The notes under the pieces were generated by a model. That model searched no databases. It had not been told where the DNA came from and was given only the letters and a program-made list of their open reading frames with translations. A DNA stretch of 64,000 nt from Nitriliruptoraceae bacterium (GTDB taxonomy: Bacteria; Actinomycetota; Nitriliruptoria; Nitriliruptorales; Nitriliruptoraceae): contig PWLR01000086.1 in NCBI GenBank assembly GCA_003558435.1, positions 33,640 to 97,639 of the forward strand, in the 5' to 3' direction. Numbering within the stretch: position 1 is the first letter of the stretch; each line of letters starts with the position of its first letter. Position numbers and translations under genes: made by a program. Positions 25,629 to 36,346 of this stretch are shown here, piece after piece.

Positions 25629-26851
25629 GGCAACGGCGCCCGGGTGACCGGACAGCTCATGCACCTCGGCCCGCCGCGGCCGCGGGGCAACTCGAAGGAG
25701 GGGATGGTGCGCACGGTGATCCCGGCGGCCTCGAGGATCTCGTTGGTGGCGACGTTGCGCTCGTAGGCGATGACCTCGCCGGGACGGATCGCGAGGGTGT
25801 TGTTGGCGTCGTTCCACTGCTCGCGCTCGGCCCGGGTCGAACCCAGCGCCGGCTCGATCGCGTGGGCCTGGTCGAGCCCGGCCGCCCAGGCCAGACCCGG
25901 CACGAACCCGGGCGCGTCCTCGACGTGCATGCCGCCGCCACCGCGCGGGGTGAGCTGGAACGAACGCAGCGACCGGCACATCTTCGGGTAGGTCAGGAAC
26001 GTGTCGACGTCGACCTGGGTGACGATCGTGTCGAGGTGCATCGCGGCGCGGACCTTGGGCAGATCGACGGCGAGGATGCGGTCCACGACCCCGGCGGCGA
26101 ACAGGCGCGAGGCCAGCGTCTCGATGCCGGAGGGGGTGGTGCGCTCCGAGATCCCGATCGCGATGCCGCGTTCGCCGACCACCAGCACGTCGCCGCCCTC
26201 GAAGGTCGCCGGGTAGGCGTCGTGGTCCTCGTCACCGAACCAGACCGGCGACGAACTGAACCTCGGGTGCTCGCGGTAGACGGTGCGCAGCAGGTCGGTC
26301 TCCCGGCGGCGCACCAGCCGGCTCATCGGGGAGAGCACCACGCCTTCGCCCAGCCAGGCGGAGGCGTCGCGCATGAACACCAGGTTGACCACCGGCGAGA
26401 GCAGCAGGTCGTTGGGGTCGCCGGCCGCCGCGACCAACCCGTCGATCGCGCCGACCTCCTCGGCCTCCTCGAGCGTGAGCCCGCTGATCAGGTGGTCGAC
26501 GAGCTGCCTCGGTTCGCAGGCGAGCAGCAGATCGCGCACGCGCTCCACGGCCTGCGGGCCGCAGGTGGTCTCGGTCACGTGGCGGTGCACCAGTGTGCGC
26601 GCCAGGACCGGATCGGCGACCACCTCCGCGAGCAGTTCCTCGACGTAGAGCACCTCGACGCCCGCGCCGCGCAGCAGGTCGGCGAACGCGTCGTGCTCGA
26701 TCTGGGCGTGTTCGAGCCACAACAGCTCGTCGAACAGCAGCTCGTCCATGTTCGTCGGGGTGATCCGGGTCAGCTCCGCACCCGGACGGTGCAGCAGCAC
26801 CGAGTGCAGCTGGCCGACCTCGGAGCGGACCGAAGGGGCGTGCTCGCTCAT
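25625..26851 (-). CDS. arcA: arginine deiminase
   Basis: From ATG 26851: MSEHAPSVRSEVGQLHSVLLHRPGAELTRITPTNMDELLFDELLWLEHAQIEHDAF.., C-terminal ..RGRGGPRCMSCPV (catalytic Cys). Confidence 0.9.
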   Translation of the reverse strand: MSEHAPSVRSEVGQLHSVLLHRPGAELTRITPTNMDELLFDELLWLEHAQIEHDAFADLLRGAGVEVLYVEELLAEVVADPVLARTLVHRHVTETTCGPQAVERVRDLLLACEPRQLVDHLISGLTLEEAEEVGAIDGLVAAAGDPNDLLLSPVVNLVFMRDASAWLGEGVVLSPMSRLVRRRETDLLRTVYREHPRFSSSPVWFGDEDHDAYPATFEGGDVLVVGERGIAIGISERTTPSGIETLASRLFAAGVVDRILAVDLPKVRAAMHLDTIVTQVDVDTFLTYPKMCRSLRSFQLTPRGGGGMHVEDAPGFVPGLAWAAGLDQAHAIEPALGSTRAEREQWNDANNTLAIRPGEVIAYERNVATNEILEAAGITVRTIPSFELPRGRGGPRCMSCPVTRAPLP

Positions 26852-27441
26852 CGCGGGCCTCCGCGGCTGCCGAGCACCCCGGTCGGCTCGAACCACCGGC
26901 CGTCCTCGGGCAACGTCTCCAGGGTGATGCGCGGCAACGCCTCCCCGAACAGCCCGATGATGGTCTCCAGGTCGACGAACCGCACGCCCGGCGTGGTCGA
27001 GAGCTGGCCGGCGTACTCCGCGAAGCCCAGCACGTTGACCGCGACCCCCAGCCCGGCCAACTCCGTCAACGGCTCGATGAACGCCCGGGCGTCGTTGGAT
27101 CCGACGTAGACCGCCTCGAGGTCGCCGTCGTCGTGCCGGCTCCAGAGGTGGTCGATCATGTCGTCGTCGACGTCGCTGTCACCGTGTTTCGGTTTGGCGA
27201 ACACCCGGAAGCCCTGCTCGAGCAACCACAGCACCCACCCGCGCAACGGACCCGCCACGTGTGGGGCGACGTTGACGAACACGCACGCCTCGACCGGGTC
27301 GTGGTCGCCGGCGTGGTCCACCAGCCAGTCACCGAGCACCGCCAGGTCCGGCCGGATCTTGGCCGTGGGCTTGCCGTCGATGATGTTGGCCAACGTCATG
27401 TCGATGTTGGGGGCATCCCAGACCAACACGTGACGACCCAC
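26848..27441 (-). CDS. NYN/LabA-like (PIN-fold) domain protein, predicted ribonuclease
   Basis: Acidic-residue pattern of NYN domains: LVWDAPNID, SDVDDDMIDHL, VGSNDARAF. Its stop overlaps the arcA ATG (ATGA at 26848-26851). Confidence 0.7.
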   Translation of the reverse strand: MGRHVLVWDAPNIDMTLANIIDGKPTAKIRPDLAVLGDWLVDHAGDHDPVEACVFVNVAPHVAGPLRGWVLWLLEQGFRVFAKPKHGDSDVDDDMIDHLWSRHDDGDLEAVYVGSNDARAFIEPLTELAGLGVAVNVLGFAEYAGQLSTTPGVRFVDLETIIGLFGEALPRITLETLPEDGRWFEPTGVLGSRGGPR

Positions 27442-27532
27442 AGCAGCTCCTTGTGCACGTTGGCGACCGGCTCGGCGCCGACCATCGGCCGCATCCTAGG
27501 AGAGCCCCTGTGATCGGGGCGCGCCGCGTACC

Positions 27533-28252
27533 GTGACCACGGACCCACCGGCCCCCCGTCCCGACCGAGCAGGACCGCTCATGGACCCGCTACTGCCCCG
27601 CGCCGTCGACGACTACCTCGACGAGCTGGTGACCGCGCAGCTCTACGACCCCGTCGTGATGGAGATGGAGCGGCGGGCCTCGGCGACCGGCTTCCCCATC
27701 GTCGGGCGCGCCGCGGGCCGGTACCTGGAGCTCACCACCCACATGGCCGGCGCCCGTCGGGTCGTGGAGCTCGGCAGCGGCTACGGCTACTCGAGTTTCT
27801 GGTTCGCCCGCGGGGTGGGTGAGGGCGGCGAGGTGATCGGGATCGACCACGATCCGCAGAACGCGCACCTGGCCGAGAGCTACCTGCGCCGCGCCGGGAT
27901 GTGGGAGCGTTGCGCGACCCGGACCGGGGACGCGCTGGAGCAACTCGCCGCGATCGAGGGCACCATCGACCTGGTGTTCTGCGACATCGACAAGGACGGC
28001 TACCCGGCCGCGTGGGAGGCCGTCGCCGACCGCCTGGAGGTCGGTGGACTGTTCGTGTGCGACAACGCGCTCTGGTACGGCCGCGTCGCGGGCCTCGCCC
28101 CGACCGACCAGGACGCCGAGGTCGCGGCCGCGCAGGCGGCCGTCGCTCCGGCCGTGGCGGCGATGACCCGCGAGGTCGTCAACGACCCGCGCTACCTCAC
28201 CTCGGTCGTGCCGATCCACGACGGGCTGCTGGTCGCCCAACGCATCGGCTGA
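27533..28252 (+). CDS. class I SAM-dependent O-methyltransferase (caffeoyl-CoA OMT-like, family 3)
   Basis: ..RVVELGSGYGYSSFWFA.., ..IDLVFCDIDKDGYP.., ..GGLFVCDNALW... The start may be ATG 27581 instead. Confidence 0.85.
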   Translation: MTTDPPAPRPDRAGPLMDPLLPRAVDDYLDELVTAQLYDPVVMEMERRASATGFPIVGRAAGRYLELTTHMAGARRVVELGSGYGYSSFWFARGVGEGGEVIGIDHDPQNAHLAESYLRRAGMWERCATRTGDALEQLAAIEGTIDLVFCDIDKDGYPAAWEAVADRLEVGGLFVCDNALWYGRVAGLAPTDQDAEVAAAQAAVAPAVAAMTREVVNDPRYLTSVVPIHDGLLVAQRIG

Positions 28253-28272
28253 GGCCCCGCTGATGCGCGTGC

Positions 28273-28303
28273 GAGGGGCCGCCCCGGTCCGGGACGGCCC
28301 CTC
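28273..28303. terminator. hairpin between convergent genes (bidirectional terminator candidate)
   Basis: GAGGGGCCG-13 nt-CGGCCCCTC (9-bp perfect stem), 20 nt after the methyltransferase stop. Confidence 0.5.
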
Positions 28304-28336
28304 GGGTGGTGCCTGGGTGGTGCCTGGGTGGTGCCT
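28304..28336. repeat. perfect 11-bp tandem repeat x3 (GGGTGGTGCCT)
   Basis: Units at 28304-28314, 28315-28325 and 28326-28336, read directly. Intergenic. Confidence 0.95.
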
Positions 28337-28389
28337 TTATGGTGCGAGCTACCGGGCAGGCCCTACCGGACCCACCGAACCGGGCTCGG

Positions 28390-29010
28390 TCACAGCCCGA
28401 GATCGAGCGGCAGCAGCACCGCATCGATGGCGTGGACGACCCCGTTGCTGGCGGAGATGTTCGGGATCACGACGGTCGCGGTGCTGCCGACCGCGGTGAT
28501 CTCGGCCTCGGGGCTGACCGAGAACGTGGCACCCGGCAGAAGCGTCGAGATGGTGCGCTCACCCCGCTTGGGCAGCACGCTGTTGGTCGCACGACGACCG
28601 TCGGTCACGTGGTAGCTGACCACCGCTTCCACCGTGCCGTCACCCAGCAGGTCGTCGATCGCCGCGAACGGGCCGTCGGTGGCGAGCACGTCCGGGTCGA
28701 GTAGCGGCGCGACCGCCCCGACCAGGCCCAGGAACGCCGCATCGGTCGGCGCGAAGACCGTGTACTGGTCGTTGTCGAACAGGCCGGCGACGAGCGCACT
28801 GTCCGGGTTGGTCTCCGCGATGTAGTTGACCGCGGCGAGCAGCAGGGTGAACTCGGGGTCGTCCTCGTCCCCGGCGCTGGCGGCCACGAGGTCGACGATC
28901 GAGTCGCCGCTCGGCTGCACGCCCGCGGGCGGGCCCTGCCGTGCGGTGGCGGGAAGTGCGGCGACGAGCAGCAGGCTCGCGGCCATGAACGTTACGAGTA
29001 GGCGACGCAT
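28390..29010 (-). CDS. secreted fasciclin (FAS1) domain protein
   Basis: ATG 29010 with GGAGGA upstream. Signal peptide MRRLLVTFMAASLLLVAALPATA. FAS1 motifs ..YTVFAPTDAAF.., ..VVSYHV.., ..NGVVHAIDAVLLP. Confidence 0.85.
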   Translation of the reverse strand: MRRLLVTFMAASLLLVAALPATARQGPPAGVQPSGDSIVDLVAASAGDEDDPEFTLLLAAVNYIAETNPDSALVAGLFDNDQYTVFAPTDAAFLGLVGAVAPLLDPDVLATDGPFAAIDDLLGDGTVEAVVSYHVTDGRRATNSVLPKRGERTISTLLPGATFSVSPEAEITAVGSTATVVIPNISASNGVVHAIDAVLLPLDLGL

Positions 29011-29206
29011 GGTGGATCTCCTCCGTCTCGGGGTTCGATGCTCCTTGTACGGAGCACCACCCACCGCGGCTGCTCGGTGGTCGTTGCGCAGCAGACTTCG
29101 TGCGCTGGGACACGCACGCTTCACCGACCGTGGTCGCCACCGGGCCCAGGTGACCCGAGGTGACCTGGCGGTCCGAGCGCAGGGCGCGCCACCGCCCGCC
29201 GACGCC

Positions 29207-29650
29207 TCAGGCGACGACCGGCCCCCGGCTCGCCACCACGTAGACGCCGGCGACGATCAACACGGCCCCGCCCAGGCGGATCGGGTCGAGCGCCACGGCC
29301 CTGCCGAGGATCCCCGAGGACTCGATCGCGAAGCCGACCACCAGCTGGACCCCCGTGACGATCGCCAGGGTCGACGCCAGACCGAGGCCGCCGACCGCGA
29401 TGGCGATGCCGGTGACCAGCAGCATGCCGGCCACGCCCGCGAGCAGGACCCACGGTGCCTGGCGGACCTCCGCGACCCGGAAATCGAGCCGCGACGCCAT
29501 CACGCCGACGAATCCGAACACCAGGCCGCCGACGTGGACCCAGAACGCGACCACGAACGGGCTGACCCGGTCGCCGAAGGCACCGATGATGGCCGACTGC
29601 ACGGCGATGAGCACGCCCGCGACGATCGCGGCGGGAAGGGCGATGTTCAC
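29207..29650 (-). CDS. small DMT-superfamily membrane protein (YdcZ/DUF606-like)
   Basis: Last 147 codons of track ORF 29207..31264 from GTG 29650. Five hydrophobic helices. The rest of that ORF overlaps katE out of frame. Confidence 0.65.
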   Translation of the reverse strand: MNIALPAAIVAGVLIAVQSAIIGAFGDRVSPFVVAFWVHVGGLVFGFVGVMASRLDFRVAEVRQAPWVLLAGVAGMLLVTGIAIAVGGLGLASTLAIVTGVQLVVGFAIESSGILGRAVALDPIRLGGAVLIVAGVYVVASRGPVVA

Positions 29651-29781
29651 GGACGACTCCGAGGGGCGGTCGGGCTGATGACCGACCGACGAGCGTAGCC
29701 GGGACCCGCTTTCGACCCGTCCACGGACACGACCGCGAGCATCGCCCGTGACCACGGCCGATCCCTGCCGGCTCGGCGGCC

Positions 29782-31995
<2,214 letters not shown>

Positions 31996-32233
31996 GTTCC
32001 TAGGACCCCGATCTTCGTCGTTCTCAACGCGGCTCGGTGTGCCACCTGCCGGGATGTGGTTCGTATGCGGGCCCGAGCGACCCGCCTGGCTCGCGACCGC
32101 CCCCGTGTTCGGGTCCCGGACGACGCGCTCGTGACGCTCGGCGAACCTCGGTTCCAGGCACGGGGATGGCGACGGCTACCCTTGGCAGGTGCCGGACGCG
32201 CTGCGCGACGGCACCCCAGCCGGAGGTGGAGCC

Positions 32234-34252
32234 GTGAGCCACGACGACCCCGCGCCGACCGAACGCGAGGTCGCCACGCTGCCGGAACCCGACCGCCCCT
32301 GGCTGATCCGCACCTACTCCGGGCATTCCTCGGCGACGGCCTCCAACGAGCTGTACCGCACCAACCTCGCCAAGGGCCAGACGGGGTTGTCGGTTGCGTT
32401 CGACCTGCCGACCCAGACCGGCTACGACCCCGACCACGTCCTGGCCGCCGGCGAGGTCGGCAAGGTCGGCGTGCCGGTCTCGTCGCTGGCCGACATGCGC
32501 ACGCTGTTCGACGGGATCCCGCTCGAGCAGATGAACACCTCGATGACCATCAACGCGACCGCCATGTGGCTGCTGTCGCTGTACATCGCGGTGGCCGAGG
32601 AGCAGGGCGCCGACGTCGCCCAGCTGACCGGCACCACCCAGAACGACATCCTCAAGGAGTACCTGTCGCGCGGGACGTACGCGTTCCCGCCGCAGCCCTC
32701 CATGCGGTTGACCACCGACGTGCTCGCCTACACCGTCGAGCACCTACCGAGGTGGAACCCGCTCAACATCTGCAGCTACCACCTGCAGGAGGCGGGGGCC
32801 ACCCCCGTGCAGGAGCTCGCGTTCGCCCTCGCCAACGCCATCGCGGTGCTCGACGCCGTGCGCGACCGGGGGCTGGTCGCACCGGAGGACTTCGGCAAGG
32901 TCGTCGGGCGGATCTCGTTCTTCGTCAACGCCGGGATCCGGTTCGTCGAGGAGGTCGCGAAGATGCGCGCCTTCGTCGAGCTGTGGGACCGGATCTGCAC
33001 GGAGCGCTACGGCGTCACCAACCCGAAACTCAAACGCTTCCGTTACGGGGTGCAGGTCAACTCGCTGGGGCTGACCGAGCAGCAGCCGGAGAACAACATC
33101 ACCCGCATCCTGATCGAGATGTTGGGGGTCACGCTGTCCCGCGACGCCCGCGCCCGCGCGGTGCAGCTGCCGGCGTGGAACGAGGCGCTCGGCCTGCCGC
33201 GACCGTGGGACCAACAGCTGTCCCTGCGGATCCAGCAGATCCTGGCGTTCGAGACCGATCTGCTGGAGAACGGCGATCTGTTCGAAGGCTCGGTGGTGAT
33301 GGACGCCAAGGTCGCGACGCTCATCGACGAGGCGACCGAGTTGTTGGACTCGGTCCTGGCCGAGGGCGGGGCGATGGAGGCCGTCGACCTCATGAAGGGC
33401 GAGTTGGTGCGCTCCAACGCCCAGCGCCTGCGCCGGATCGAATCCGGGGAACAGACCGTGGTCGGGGTCAACGCGTTCACCTCCGCGGAGCCCTCGCCCT
33501 TGATCGACGAGGAGGGCGGCATCATGGTCGCCGACCCGGCGGCCGAGGCCGACCAGCTCGCACGGTTGGAGGCGTGGCGGAGCGCCCGCGACGACGCGGC
33601 GGTGGCGGACGCCCTGGACGAGCTGCGTCGTGTGGCCGCCACCGACGACAACCTGATGCCGGCTTCGGTCCGCTGCGCGAAGGCGGGGGTGACCACCGGC
33701 GAGTGGTCGCAGGTGCTGCGTGAGGTGTTCGGCGAGTACCGCGGGCCGACGGGGGTCGGCGAGGGCGCCTCCTCCTCGGCCGGGTCGCTCTCGGCGGAGC
33801 TCGAGGCCGGCCGCAAGCGGGTCCGCGCCGTGGAGCAGCGCCTCGGTCGCAAGCTGCGCATCCTGGTCGGCAAGCCCGGTCTCGACGGCCACTCCAACGG
33901 CGCGGAACAGGTCGCGATCCGCTGCCGCGACCTCGGCATGGAAGTGATCTACGAGGGCATCCGTCTGACCCCCGAGCAGATCGTGCGCGCCGCGGTCGAC
34001 GAGGACGTCCACCTCGTCGGGCTGTCCATCCTGTCGGGCTCGCACCTCGCGCTGGTGCCCCAGGTGCTGGCCGGGCTGCGTCGCGAAGGCCACGACGTGC
34101 CCGTGATCGCCGGCGGGATCATCCCACCCGCTGACGAAGCCACGTTGCGCGCGGCCGGGGTCGCCGCGGTGTTCACCCCCAAGGACTACGTACTCACCGA
34201 CGTGCTGGTCGCGGTGGCGGAACTCGCCGGCGAGACGCTCCAACCCGCGTGA
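32234..34252 (+). CDS. meaA: B12-dependent acyl-CoA mutase, MeaA/ethylmalonyl-CoA mutase-like, with fused B12-binding domain
   Basis: GTG 32234 preceded by GGAGG. DRPWLIRTYSGHSSATASNELYRTNLAKGQTGLSVAFDLPTQTGYD.. and C-terminal ..VGKPGLDGHSNGAEQ.. (DxHxxG). ~672 aa fits the MeaA size class. Confidence 0.8.
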   Translation: MSHDDPAPTEREVATLPEPDRPWLIRTYSGHSSATASNELYRTNLAKGQTGLSVAFDLPTQTGYDPDHVLAAGEVGKVGVPVSSLADMRTLFDGIPLEQMNTSMTINATAMWLLSLYIAVAEEQGADVAQLTGTTQNDILKEYLSRGTYAFPPQPSMRLTTDVLAYTVEHLPRWNPLNICSYHLQEAGATPVQELAFALANAIAVLDAVRDRGLVAPEDFGKVVGRISFFVNAGIRFVEEVAKMRAFVELWDRICTERYGVTNPKLKRFRYGVQVNSLGLTEQQPENNITRILIEMLGVTLSRDARARAVQLPAWNEALGLPRPWDQQLSLRIQQILAFETDLLENGDLFEGSVVMDAKVATLIDEATELLDSVLAEGGAMEAVDLMKGELVRSNAQRLRRIESGEQTVVGVNAFTSAEPSPLIDEEGGIMVADPAAEADQLARLEAWRSARDDAAVADALDELRRVAATDDNLMPASVRCAKAGVTTGEWSQVLREVFGEYRGPTGVGEGASSSAGSLSAELEAGRKRVRAVEQRLGRKLRILVGKPGLDGHSNGAEQVAIRCRDLGMEVIYEGIRLTPEQIVRAAVDEDVHLVGLSILSGSHLALVPQVLAGLRREGHDVPVIAGGIIPPADEATLRAAGVAAVFTPKDYVLTDVLVAVAELAGETLQPA

Positions 34253-34253
34253 G

Positions 34254-34281
34254 GAGGGCGCCACCCGACGGTGGCGCCCTC
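34254..34281. terminator. strong hairpin between convergent genes
   Basis: GAGGGCGCCACC-cgac-GGTGGCGCCCTC (12-bp perfect stem) starting 2 nt after the meaA stop and 18 nt before the coiled-coil gene stop. Confidence 0.7.
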
Positions 34282-34298
34282 GGTGATCGTGTGCGGGG

Positions 34299-35225
34299 TT
34301 ACCTGCCGCCGCGCTTCTGGCCGGAAGCGAAGTAGCTCACGCACTGACCCTGGTTCCGGTAGTCACCGGCCTTCCAGCCGCCGTTCTTGCACTCGTCCTT
34401 GTTCGTCGGGGCCTTCTTCACGGGAGGCACGTAGGCCTTCAGAGCCGCCTCGGCCTTCGCGAGGGCGGCCTCGGCCTTGGCGAGGGCCCGCTTCGCCTTC
34501 GCGAGCTTGGCCTCGATGGTGTCGACGACACCCTGGAGGCGAACCAGTTCAGCCTTCGCGTCGCTCAGCGCCTGGCTCGCCTCGGCGACCGCCTTCTTGG
34601 CGTCGCCGACCGCCTTCTTGGCATCGGCAACCGCCTGCCTCGCGTCGGCAACGGCCTGCTTCGCCTCGCCAACGGCCGCGCGGGCGTCGCGGACGGCTGC
34701 CCGCGCCTCACGCACGTCCTTCTTCGCGCCGGGGAGCGCATCCTTGGCCTTCTGGCACTCCGCCCGCTGTGCCTTGCTACCGACGCACTTACCGCGCTTG
34801 TTGGTGGTGTCCTTGATGACGCGCTCGAGGCGTCGGACCTCGTGGCGTGCGTCCTTCAACGCCGCCTCGGCCTTGGCGAGGGTCGCCTCGGCCTTGGCCA
34901 GCTGACCCCTCGCGGCCCTGAGTGCCTTCAACGCCCCGCGAAGCTCGCGCTCGGCCCTGCTCAACGCTCGCTCGGCCTTCTTCAGATCGCGCTCGCGGGC
35001 GTCCACGACCTTCTGCTGCGCGTCCACCTCGGCCCGCGCCTTGACCAGTTCCTTCTCGAGGCGTTTCACCTCGGCTTGCCGCGCATCGACCCGGGCTCGT
35101 GCGTCGACGACCGCCTGCTCGAGTTCGGCCTTCTTGGCATCGGTCTTCTCGCCTGCGCTCGCCGGCACCGCCAGCATGCTCAACGCCAGCAACATCGCGG
35201 TGAGCAACGTCATCATCCGTCTCAT
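34299..35225 (-). CDS. secreted long coiled-coil protein with Cys-containing C-terminal module, function unknown
   Basis: ATG 35225 (MRRMMTLLTAMLLALSMLAVPASA signal peptide). About 250 aa of A/K/E/R heptad-like repeats (AKAEAALK motifs at both ends). Tail KDECKNGGWKAGDYRNQGQCVSYFASG. The track ORF start (35603) is not credible. Confidence 0.75.
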   Translation of the reverse strand: MRRMMTLLTAMLLALSMLAVPASAGEKTDAKKAELEQAVVDARARVDARQAEVKRLEKELVKARAEVDAQQKVVDARERDLKKAERALSRAERELRGALKALRAARGQLAKAEATLAKAEAALKDARHEVRRLERVIKDTTNKRGKCVGSKAQRAECQKAKDALPGAKKDVREARAAVRDARAAVGEAKQAVADARQAVADAKKAVGDAKKAVAEASQALSDAKAELVRLQGVVDTIEAKLAKAKRALAKAEAALAKAEAALKAYVPPVKKAPTNKDECKNGGWKAGDYRNQGQCVSYFASGQKRGGR

Positions 35226-35520
35226 AGTGCGTCTCCCTGGGCGCTCGTACGCGCATAGATCGCGGAAACGTGTGTGGGCTCTGCTTCTGACTCCGCAGTC
35301 GGATCGATGACCGATTCGCTGCCAACCGGATCGCTGGCACACACCCCGTTCTGCCGGCCTCGATCGCCGACATATCGACCGTAGATCGCGCTCTGAACGC
35401 CAAACTGACACGAACCTGACGGTGCCTTCGAGCGCAACGACCATGAGGTACAGCGATGACGGTGACCGTTCAGCCGAACAGGACGCCTGGGGTGCCGACG
35501 AGACGGGCAGGCTCGATCGG

Positions 35521-36216
35521 ATGGCACCCAACGGCCCCCGCATCATGGTGATCGACGACGATGACGCGCTGCGAGACGCCGTCGAGTCGGCGTTGTTCCG
35601 CACGGGCTATGGCGTGTGCGCGAAACCGGATGGCTTCGCCGTCACCGGCGACCTCGCCAGCTTCCGACCCGACCTCGTCATCCTCGAGGTACAGCTCTCG
35701 GAGGGTCCGAGCGGCCTACGCCTCACCCGGATGATGCGCGCAGCTCACGAACTGCCCATCATGCTGGTGTCGAGCAGGGACAGCCTGATGGACCGGATCG
35801 TCGGGTTCGAGGCAGGTGCCGACGACTACGTGGCGAAGCCCTTCGACATGCGTGAACTGCTCGTCCGCGTCCGAGCACTGCTACGACGGAGCGGCAAGCT
35901 GACATCGCACACCTGGCAGGTCGGCGACCTGGTCGTGGACGAGGTGGGCCGGAGCGCCTTCCGCAACGGCGTCGAGGTCGAACTGACCCGGACCGAGTTC
36001 GATCTGCTCGTGGTGCTCGGTCACCATCCGTACCAGGTGTTGTCCAAGACCCGCCTGCTGGCCAATGTCTGGGGCTACGGACACTACGACCACAACGTGG
36101 TCGAGGCCCGCGTCAGCGCACTGCGGCGGAAGCTCGAGCACCACGGCCCACGGCTGATCCACACCGAGCGCGGTTCGGGGTACCGGTTGCGACCCGCGGA
36201 GCCGAGCAGGACGTGA
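35521..36216 (+). CDS. orphan OmpR/PhoB-family response regulator with Glu at the phospho-acceptor position
   Basis: MAPNGPRIMVIDDDDALRD..FRPDLVILEVQLSEGPSG.. (E where the phospho-Asp is expected), ..IMLVSSRD.., ..DDYVAKPF... Winged-helix C-terminus ..VELTRTEFDLLVVL..RVSALRRKL..IHTERGSGYRL. No kinase gene nearby. Confidence 0.85.
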   Translation: MAPNGPRIMVIDDDDALRDAVESALFRTGYGVCAKPDGFAVTGDLASFRPDLVILEVQLSEGPSGLRLTRMMRAAHELPIMLVSSRDSLMDRIVGFEAGADDYVAKPFDMRELLVRVRALLRRSGKLTSHTWQVGDLVVDEVGRSAFRNGVEVELTRTEFDLLVVLGHHPYQVLSKTRLLANVWGYGHYDHNVVEARVSALRRKLEHHGPRLIHTERGSGYRLRPAEPSRT

Positions 36217-36346
36217 CGAAGCTCCCAGACGGGGACCACGGCCGCACGGCTACCTCGCCGGCCAGGGGTCACCGGACGACGAGCGATGCTCGCCAGGGTC
36301 TTGACACACCGTCCTGCCCGAGCCCCACCGTCACCAGGAGCACCCT

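Noticed and set aside
31996-32233. Cobalamin riboswitch upstream of the B12-dependent mutase gene
   Set aside because: I could not find the B12-box or the conserved GCCACTG-type core by eye. B12-dependent enzymes are also not the usual riboswitch targets. Worth a cmscan, but not supported.
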